The position numbers and the translations under genes are program-made. The notes beneath the pieces were generated by a model. The model made no database searches and was not told the origin of the DNA. It was given only the letters and a program-made list of their open reading frames with translations. Source: an uncultured Trueperaceae bacterium (GTDB taxonomy: Bacteria > Deinococcota > Deinococci > Deinococcales > Trueperaceae). From it: 64,000 nucleotides of DNA. Positions 57,558 to 64,000 of this stretch are shown here, in pieces (position 1 is the stretch's first letter; each line of letters opens with the position of its first letter). The stretch lies in NCBI GenBank assembly GCA_963727505.1, contig CAVSGP010000009.1, positions 512,001-576,000 of the forward strand, given 5' to 3'.

Positions 57558-58799
57558 TCAGGCCCCGCTCTCGGACGGGATCCGGCGCGCGACCCGCGAG
57601 ACCGTCAGGCCCTGGACCAGGATGGAGAACACCACCACCGCGTAGGTCATCGACACGATCAGGTCGCGCTCGTGGCCGGCGGGAAGCGACAACGCGAGCG
57701 CCACCGAGATGCCGCCGCGCAGCCCGCCCCACACCATGGTGCGAACGGTCCAGGGCGGGAAGTGGCGCTGCGCCCGCAACATGGTGATGGCAGCACCCAC
57801 GCTGACCAGTCGGGCGGCCAGTGCCAGCGGGATGGCCAACAGTGCCAGCGGCCAGGGGTAGTCCTTGGCCAGCAGCAGGATCTCCAGGCCGATCAACACG
57901 AACAGGATGGCATTGAGGATCTCGTCGATCAGCTCCCAGAAGGTATCGAGGTGCTCGCGGGTGGTGGTGCTCATGGCCAGCATGCGGCCGCGGTTGCCGA
58001 TGAACAGACCCGCCACCACCATCGCGAGCGGGCCCGACATGTGCACGGCGTTGGCGAGGGCGTAACCCCCGGACACCAGCGCCAGGGTCAGCAGCACCTC
58101 GACGGTGTACTCGTCGACCGCGCGCAGCAACAGGTAGGTGCCGACGCCGAGCACGAAGCCCAGCGCCAGCCCGCCGAGCGCCTCGCGCACGAACAGCATC
58201 AGGGCGCCCGACGTCTCGCCGTGGCCGCCGCTCGCCGCCATGGCGAAGTTGAGCGCCGCCAGGAACACCACGATGCCGACACCGTCGTTGAACAGGCTCT
58301 CGCCCACGACCAGCGTTTCCACGTCGGGCCGCACGCCGAGCCGGCGCAGGATGCCGAGCACCGCGATGGGATCGGTGGGCGAGATCAAGGCGCCGAAAAC
58401 GAACGCCCAGGCCAGCGGCAGGCCATAGCCCAGCAGGGCGGACCCGAGGTACACCAGCAGCCCGACCACCACGGTCGAGATGACCACGCCGACGGTGGCG
58501 AGGACCACGATCGGCCAGCCCTGCCGCCCCAGATCCTCGAGGTTCACTTGCAGCGAGCCGGCGAACAGCAGGTAGCTCAGGAGGCCCTGGAGCACCAGCG
58601 TGCCGAAGTTCAGCGAATCGAGGAAGCCCTGCGCCCAGTGGGTGAGGGCGGTGTCGCGGAACACCAGGAGCCCCAGGGAGGTGACCAGGGCCACCAGCAT
58701 CACGCCGATGGGCGTGGGCAGCTTGATCCAGCGCTCGTTCACGAAGCCGAACAGGGCGGTGATGGTGAGCACCAGGGCGAAGGACTGGAAGAGGCCCAT
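57558..58799 (-). CDS. CPA1 (NhaP-type) Na+/H+ antiporter
   Basis: [31 protein letters not shown]. Confidence 0.92.
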   Translation of the reverse strand: MGLFQSFALVLTITALFGFVNERWIKLPTPIGVMLVALVTSLGLLVFRDTALTHWAQGFLDSLNFGTLVLQGLLSYLLFAGSLQVNLEDLGRQGWPIVVLATVGVVISTVVVGLLVYLGSALLGYGLPLAWAFVFGALISPTDPIAVLGILRRLGVRPDVETLVVGESLFNDGVGIVVFLAALNFAMAASGGHGETSGALMLFVREALGGLALGFVLGVGTYLLLRAVDEYTVEVLLTLALVSGGYALANAVHMSGPLAMVVAGLFIGNRGRMLAMSTTTREHLDTFWELIDEILNAILFVLIGLEILLLAKDYPWPLALLAIPLALAARLVSVGAAITMLRAQRHFPPWTVRTMVWGGLRGGISVALALSLPAGHERDLIVSMTYAVVVFSILVQGLTVSRVARRIPSESGA

Positions 58800-58868
58800 G
58801 CCCGCGATTGTACGCGTGGGAGGGGCGTCGCCCCATCGAACTCATCGCCGGGCCGGGTACGTTGAAGC

Positions 58869-59423
58869 GTGCTCACGATCCGAAGCGAGCGGGAAGAGGA
58901 CGCGGCCGGTATCTACGAAGTGCACCTGGCCGCCTTCGAGACGCCGGCCGAGGCCGACCTCGTCGAGGCGATCCGGGCGTCCCGGCACTACCAGTCCCGC
59001 TTGTCGATCGTTGCGGAGACCGACGACGAGATCGTCGGGCACGCCCTGCTCAGCTACGCCGAGCTCGTGGATGGCGTGCGCGCACGTCCCGTCCTGGTGC
59101 TTGCCCCCCTGGCGGTGTTACCGCGCTACCAGGAGCATGGTGCAGGGACGGCCATGATGCATGAGTGCATCGGCCGCGCCGATCACGCCGGCGAGCCCAT
59201 CATCGTGCTGGTCGGCCACCCCGGCTACTATCCACGCTTCGGTTTCGTACCCGCATCGCGCTACGGCATCGCGCCGCCCGAGCCTCTGCCGGACGCGGTG
59301 TTCATGGCCCGGAGACTCTCCGGCTACGATCCTTCGTGGCGGGGTCGGCTCGCCTACCCGCCGGCGTTCGACCTCGTGATGCAGGACCTGGAGCGGCCCC
59401 CCGCGCCCGTGCTGGCGAGCTGA
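58869..59423 (+). CDS. GNAT N-acetyltransferase (YhbS-like)
   Basis: IVGH, LAPLAVLPRYQEHGAG, VLVGHPGYYPRFGF. Confidence 0.9.
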   Translation: MLTIRSEREEDAAGIYEVHLAAFETPAEADLVEAIRASRHYQSRLSIVAETDDEIVGHALLSYAELVDGVRARPVLVLAPLAVLPRYQEHGAGTAMMHECIGRADHAGEPIIVLVGHPGYYPRFGFVPASRYGIAPPEPLPDAVFMARRLSGYDPSWRGRLAYPPAFDLVMQDLERPPAPVLAS

Positions 59424-59578
59424 GAACAGCCCCGCTCCTCGCGACCACACTTCGCTGCCGAGCGCAACCCGCCGCGCGCAGTGTACCCGAGGATGCTCAT
59501 CTAACTCATGACAGATTCACGCTCCGCTAAAGTGTCGACAGTCGGCAGTTGGCACCTTGGAGGGGTGGCGAGCCACGC

Positions 59579-60286
59579 ATGGATGCGCTCTCGAGCGTCA
59601 CGACGGGTCCCAGCATCAGCGAGCAGGTCTACCGTTCGCTGCGTGGCTCGTTGCTCGAGGGCGCGTATCCGTCGGGCGCGCAGCTCAGCGAGGCGGGCCT
59701 GGCGCAACGCCTGAACGTGAGCCGGGCCCCTGTGCGGGAGGCGCTGGAGCGCCTCGTCCAGGAGGGCCTGCTGGTCCGGCGTCCCCGCCGCGGCACCTTC
59801 GTCCGCTGCTACGACCGCTCCCAGGTGGGTGAGCTGATGGAGCTCCGGGGTGTCCTGGAGACCGCCGCGGCACACCTCGCCGTCGTCCGCGCCTCGGACG
59901 AGGAGCTCGACGCCTTGCGCCGTCTCCTCGACGCCGCCGACGCCGCTACCCAGCGGGGGGAGGGCTATCCGCCCGACCGGGACTTCCACCGTGCGCTCAC
60001 CGTGCTGGCCAAGAACGGCGAGTTGGCCAGGGTCACAGGGCTGGTCTTCGACCAGCTGCGGCTCGCCCGTGCCCTCTCGACCCAACGCAGCGGGCGCGCC
60101 CGCGAGGCGTGGCGCGAACATGCCAGCGTGCTGCGCGCGCTCGTCGCGCGCGACATCGACGGCGTGGACGCTGCCCTGGGAGCGCACCTGGCCGCCGCGG
60201 AGGCGGCCATGCTGGCCTGGGTCGACCGGGACGGCACCCCGCCACAAGGATCCGACACGGAGCGACGACTCCGTTCGATCGACTAG
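59579..60286 (+). CDS. GntR family regulator (FCD domain)
   Basis: LSEAGLAQRLNVSRAPVREAL, RRGTFV, DRDFH, EH. Confidence 0.92.
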   Translation: MDALSSVTTGPSISEQVYRSLRGSLLEGAYPSGAQLSEAGLAQRLNVSRAPVREALERLVQEGLLVRRPRRGTFVRCYDRSQVGELMELRGVLETAAAHLAVVRASDEELDALRRLLDAADAATQRGEGYPPDRDFHRALTVLAKNGELARVTGLVFDQLRLARALSTQRSGRAREAWREHASVLRALVARDIDGVDAALGAHLAAAEAAMLAWVDRDGTPPQGSDTERRLRSID

Positions 60287-60295
60287 GAGGAGTAT

Positions 60296-61273
60296 ATGAA
60301 GGTACGTCGATTGGCACCCCTGCTGGCCACGCTGTTGCTCGGCCTGCTCGGAAGCGCGTTCGCGTTCTCCCCGAGCAACGTCGAGTGCATCGCTCCGTCC
60401 GATCCCGGCGGCGGTTGGGACTTCACCTGCCGCTCGGTCGGCAAGATCCTGTACGACCTCAAGGACGTCCCGCAGCCTGTGAAGGTGACGAACATGGCCG
60501 GTGGCGGTGGCGGTGTGGCCTACGGCTACGTGGTGAGCAAGCGCAACAACGACGCCAACTTGCTGGTCGCCGCCAGCACCGCCACCACCACGCGCCTGGC
60601 GCAGAACCAGTACGCCGGCCTCACCGAGAACCAGGTGCGCTGGGTGGCCGCCCTCGGCGCCGACTTCGGCGTCATCACCGTAGCCGCGGATTCGCCCTTC
60701 CAGACCCTGCAAGACCTCATCGACGCGGTCAAGGCCGACCCGACCAAGGTGGCGTTCGGCGGCGGTAGCGCCGTCGGCGGCTGGGATCACCTGAAGGTCC
60801 TGCTGCTGATGAAGGCCGCCGGCATGTCGGACGTCAAGCGCGTCAAGTACATCTCGTTCAACAACGGCGGCGACGCCTTGACGCAGGTCCTGGGCCACCA
60901 CCTCCAGGCCGCGACGGGCGACATCTCCGAGGTCAAGGGTCAGCTCGACGCGGGCGCCGTGCGCGTGCTCGCCGTGCTCTCCGACGAACGTCTCCCCGGC
61001 GACCTCGGGAACATCCCGACCGCCAAGGAGCAGGGCTACGACGTCGTCGGCGCCAACTGGCGCGGCTTCTACATCCCGGCCGGCGCCTCGGACGAAGCCT
61101 TCACCTACTGGGGCGACACCCTCAAGGCGCTCTACCAGAGCGACGAGTGGAAGGCCGCCATGGTGAACAACGGACTGGCGCCGTTCTGGATGGGCGGCAG
61201 CACGTTCAACGACTTCGTGAACAAGCAGATCCAGGATCTTCGCGATCTTTCGAAGGAGATCGGGCTGCTGTAG
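60296..61273 (+). CDS. tctC: tripartite tricarboxylate transporter substrate-binding protein
   Basis: signal peptide, PGGGWD, NMAGGGG, IPTAKEQG, NWRG. Confidence 0.92.
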   Translation: MKVRRLAPLLATLLLGLLGSAFAFSPSNVECIAPSDPGGGWDFTCRSVGKILYDLKDVPQPVKVTNMAGGGGGVAYGYVVSKRNNDANLLVAASTATTTRLAQNQYAGLTENQVRWVAALGADFGVITVAADSPFQTLQDLIDAVKADPTKVAFGGGSAVGGWDHLKVLLLMKAAGMSDVKRVKYISFNNGGDALTQVLGHHLQAATGDISEVKGQLDAGAVRVLAVLSDERLPGDLGNIPTAKEQGYDVVGANWRGFYIPAGASDEAFTYWGDTLKALYQSDEWKAAMVNNGLAPFWMGGSTFNDFVNKQIQDLRDLSKEIGLL

Positions 61274-61283
61274 CCCCTCTCCC

Positions 61284-61312
61284 GCGTGGGCGCGCCGCGA
61301 GCGCGCCCACGC
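61284..61312 (+). terminator. intra-operon stem-loop after tctC
   Basis: gcgtgggcgcgc-cgcga-gcgcgcccacgc. Confidence 0.55.
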
Positions 61313-61373
61313 CATCCCAGGGGGCGAGGAGCGCAGCCGCTCCACCCGCTCCGGAACGGGTACGGACTGGTTC

Positions 61374-61808
61374 ATGACCGATCGCATCACAGGGGGGTTG
61401 CTGCTGGCCCTGGCCATCGCGTTCGGGCTTCACGCTCGCAGCTTCACCACCAATTTTCTCACCGATCCCCTGGGTCCCCAGGCGTGGCCGATCATGCTGG
61501 CCGTCCTGATGGGGCTCTTCAGCCTCTATTTGCTCATCCGGCCTTCGTCCGAAGCCGTCTGGCCGAAGGCCGTGGTCCTGTTCCGGCAGGCCGTTCTGAT
61601 CGGCGCGCTGATCGTCTACGCGGTGTTGCTCGAGCCGCTCGGCTTCGTGCTCGCGACCGTCCTGGTGATGGCGTTCATGGCGGCGCTGCTGGGCGCCCGC
61701 TGGTGGCAGGCAGGCGTGACCGGCGTCGTGAGTAGCCTGGCGCTCTACGTCCTGTTCAACACGCTGCTGGGCCTGCCGTTGCCGGCCGGCGGGCTGTTCG
61801 GGGGCTAG
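61374..61808 (+). CDS. tctB: tripartite tricarboxylate transporter TctB
   Basis: DPLGP..WP, LGFVLAT, LGLPLP. Confidence 0.9.
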   Translation: MTDRITGGLLLALAIAFGLHARSFTTNFLTDPLGPQAWPIMLAVLMGLFSLYLLIRPSSEAVWPKAVVLFRQAVLIGALIVYAVLLEPLGFVLATVLVMAFMAALLGARWWQAGVTGVVSSLALYVLFNTLLGLPLPAGGLFGG

Positions 61809-61809
61809 T

Positions 61810-63327
61810 GTGGAGACCCTCCATCTCCTCGGGCAGGGGTTCGCCGTCGCGTTCCAGCCGCTCAACCTGCTGCTGGCCCTGATCGGCGCCTTCGCCGGCA
61901 CCATCGTCGGTGCGCTGCCGGGCCTCGGCCCGGCGAACGGGGTGGCGATCCTGATCCCGGTCAGCTTCACGCTCGGGTTGCCTGCCACGTCGGCCATGAT
62001 CTTCCTGGCCAGCGTCTACTACGGCGCGATGTACGGCGGCCGCATCTCCAGCATCCTGCTGAACATCCCCGGCGACGAGCCGGCGGTGATGACCACGCTC
62101 GACGGCTATCCCATGGCGAAGCAGGGGCGCGGCGGGTCCGCGCTCGCGATCTCGGCCGTGGCGTCGTTCGTGGGCTCCACCCTGGCCACGATCGGGTTGA
62201 TGCTGTTCGCGCCGGTGCTCGCCAAGCTCGCCATCCGTTTCGGTCCCGCAGAGTACTTCGCGCTCTACGTCATGGCCTTCTCCACGCTCAGCAGCCTGAC
62301 GGGCAAGAATCCGGTCAAGACCCTCATCGGTGCCGTCCTGGGCCTGATGCTGGCTACCGTCGGCCTCGACCCGGGCAGCTCGGTGCCGAGGTTCACCTTC
62401 GGCCAGATGAAGTTCTACGAAGGGATCGACTTCATCGTGGCCATCGTCGGCCTGTTCGCGATCAGCGAGGCGCTCGTGTTCCTGGAGACCTCGCACGCCG
62501 GCGAGAACGTCCGCTACAAGGTCGGGCGGGTCGCCGCCCGCATCCGCGACATCCTCGGCACGCTGTGGACAATGATCCGTTCCAGCGTCATCGGCTTCGT
62601 CGCCGGTGTGCTTCCCGGCGCCGGCGCGTCCCTCGGCTCGTTCATCGCCTACACCTTCGAGAAACGCCTGGTGGACCGCGAGGGGACGTTCGGCACCGGC
62701 GACCCGCGCGGCGTCGCGGCGCCCGAGGCGGGCAACAACGCCGCCGCCGGCGGCGCGCTGGTCCCGATGCTCACGCTCGGCGTGCCCGGCAGCGGCACCA
62801 CGGCGGTGCTGCTGGCGATGCTGATCACCCTCAACATCACGCCCGGACCGCTGCTGTTCACGCAGCACCCGGATGTGGTGTGGGGCCTCATCGCCTCGCT
62901 CTACCTGGGCAACATCGTGCTGCTGGTGCTCAACCTCCCGCTGGTGGGCATCTTCGTGCGCCTGCTCAGCGTTCCCGGCTGGATCCTGATGCCGGTCGTG
63001 ACGATGGTGGGCTTCCTGGGCGTGTACGCCATCAGCCACAGCGTGTTCGACATCTTCCTGATGATCGGCTTCGGCGTCGGCGGGTGGCTGCTGCGCAAGC
63101 TCGACATCCCGCTGGTGCCGGTGATCCTCGGCCTCCTGCTGGGCGACGACATGGAGGTCAACCTGCGCCGGGCGTTGAACCTCGGCAACGGCAACTGGCT
63201 GAGCCTCTGGGACAGCACGCTCTCCCTGATCCTGTGGGGCGTGGCGATCCTCGGCCTCATCCTTCCGATCCTGTTCCTGCGCCGGCCGCAGATCGTCACC
63301 GACGACGGGGACGGCACGGAGGACTAG
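61810..63327 (+). CDS. tctA: tripartite tricarboxylate transporter TctA
   Basis: GALPGLG, YGGRISSILLNIPG, APEAGNNA, LTLGVPG, TPGP. Confidence 0.95.
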   Translation: METLHLLGQGFAVAFQPLNLLLALIGAFAGTIVGALPGLGPANGVAILIPVSFTLGLPATSAMIFLASVYYGAMYGGRISSILLNIPGDEPAVMTTLDGYPMAKQGRGGSALAISAVASFVGSTLATIGLMLFAPVLAKLAIRFGPAEYFALYVMAFSTLSSLTGKNPVKTLIGAVLGLMLATVGLDPGSSVPRFTFGQMKFYEGIDFIVAIVGLFAISEALVFLETSHAGENVRYKVGRVAARIRDILGTLWTMIRSSVIGFVAGVLPGAGASLGSFIAYTFEKRLVDREGTFGTGDPRGVAAPEAGNNAAAGGALVPMLTLGVPGSGTTAVLLAMLITLNITPGPLLFTQHPDVVWGLIASLYLGNIVLLVLNLPLVGIFVRLLSVPGWILMPVVTMVGFLGVYAISHSVFDIFLMIGFGVGGWLLRKLDIPLVPVILGLLLGDDMEVNLRRALNLGNGNWLSLWDSTLSLILWGVAILGLILPILFLRRPQIVTDDGDGTED

Positions 63328-63385
63328 GCGCACGGTCGCCCGTTGTCGCCCGCGACGGCGGGAGGCAGCCGGCCCCTCGACGGAC

Positions 63386-63418
63386 AACGGGCCCGAGCCG
63401 ACCAGGCTCGGGCCCGTT
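63386..63418. terminator. 14-bp stem-loop between convergent tctA and ilvD
   Basis: aacgggcccgagcc-gacca-ggctcgggcccgtt. Confidence 0.65.
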
Positions 63419-63461
63419 CCGTGGCGCCGTTCTTCGCCGCCCTTCGGGAGATGCGCGCCGG

Positions 63462-64000
63462 TCAGTCGGTGACCGCGCCCTCCGAGGCGCTGGAGACCAG
63501 CCGCGCGTACTTGGCGAGCACGCCGCTGGTGTAGCGCGGGGCGGGCGGCTGCCAGGCGTCGCGGCGTCGCTGGAGCTCGTCCTCGTCCAGATCGACCTCG
63601 AGCAGGTTGTGCTCGGCGTCGATCGTGACGGTGTCGCCTTCGCGGAGCAGGCCGATCGGCCCACCTACGGCCGCCTCGGGCGCCACGTGCCCGACGACCA
63701 GGCCATAGGTGCCCCCGGAGAAGCGTCCGTCGGTGATCAGCCCCACGGCGTCGCCCAGCCCCTTGCCGATGATGGCGCTGGTGGGGGAGAGCATCTCGCG
63801 CATGCCGGGACCTCCGCGGGGCCCCTCGTTGCGGACCACGATCACGTCGCCCGGCCCCACACGGTCGTCGAGGATGGCCGCCAGGCAGTCCTCCTCGCTC
63901 TCGAAGACGCGCGCCGGGCCCTGGATGCGGGTCTTCTTCAGTCCGGTGGTCTTGGCCACGGCGCCCTCGGGCGCGAGGTTGCCGCGCAGGATGTTCAGGT
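63462..64000 (-). CDS. ilvD: dihydroxy-acid dehydratase, 3' part (runs off the window)
   Basis: [40 protein letters not shown]. Confidence 0.95.
   Translation of the reverse strand, partial: LNILRGNLAPEGAVAKTTGLKKTRIQGPARVFESEEDCLAAILDDRVGPGDVIVVRNEGPRGGPGMREMLSPTSAIIGKGLGDAVGLITDGRFSGGTYGLVVGHVAPEAAVGGPIGLLREGDTVTIDAEHNLLEVDLDEDELQRRRDAWQPPAPRYTSGVLAKYARLVSSASEGAVTD

Overview
Very GC-rich bacterial chromosome segment made up mostly of core genes. Gene content and the many leaderless genes suggest Deinococcota, Trueperaceae-like (inference). It carries asnB, a PIG-L deacetylase, a TPR protein, rqcH, an MFS transporter, fba, mqnB-ftsY-gltX, uppP and rplM-rpsI. An 11 kb LacI-regulated oligosaccharide operon follows (Opp-type ABC transporter, Gfo/Idh/MocA oxidoreductase, xylose-isomerase-like TIM barrel, GH3 glucosidase, VOC protein). 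Then come a penicillin acylase, nrdR, bactofilin, accDA, rpe, gabT, rsmJ, hbd, three tRNAs (Gln-UUG, Gln-CUG, Ser-CGA), upp, a wecA/tagO-like gene, wecB, folPBK, a frameshifted ackA, a ROK kinase, a PASTA protein, ubiX-ispD-ispE, thuA, an NhaP-type antiporter, gntR-tctCBA and the 3' end of ilvD. I found no CRISPR array, integrase or transposase. The most interesting signals are: (1) an unannotated, heavily base-paired and possibly pseudoknotted RNA-like element at about 13.5-13.7 kb, with its own TTGACA promoter, ahead of a small ORF; (2) three apparent pseudoenzymes: an E2-like protein with a very long acidic linker, a PEP-synthase N-domain remnant, and a catalytically dead SDR upstream of nrdR; (3) a candidate 3-keto glycoside-cleavage operon containing a VOC protein; (4) short tandem arrays that start at stop codons; (5) about 17 leaderless genes. 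All assignments come from reading motifs by eye; no searches or folding programs were run.
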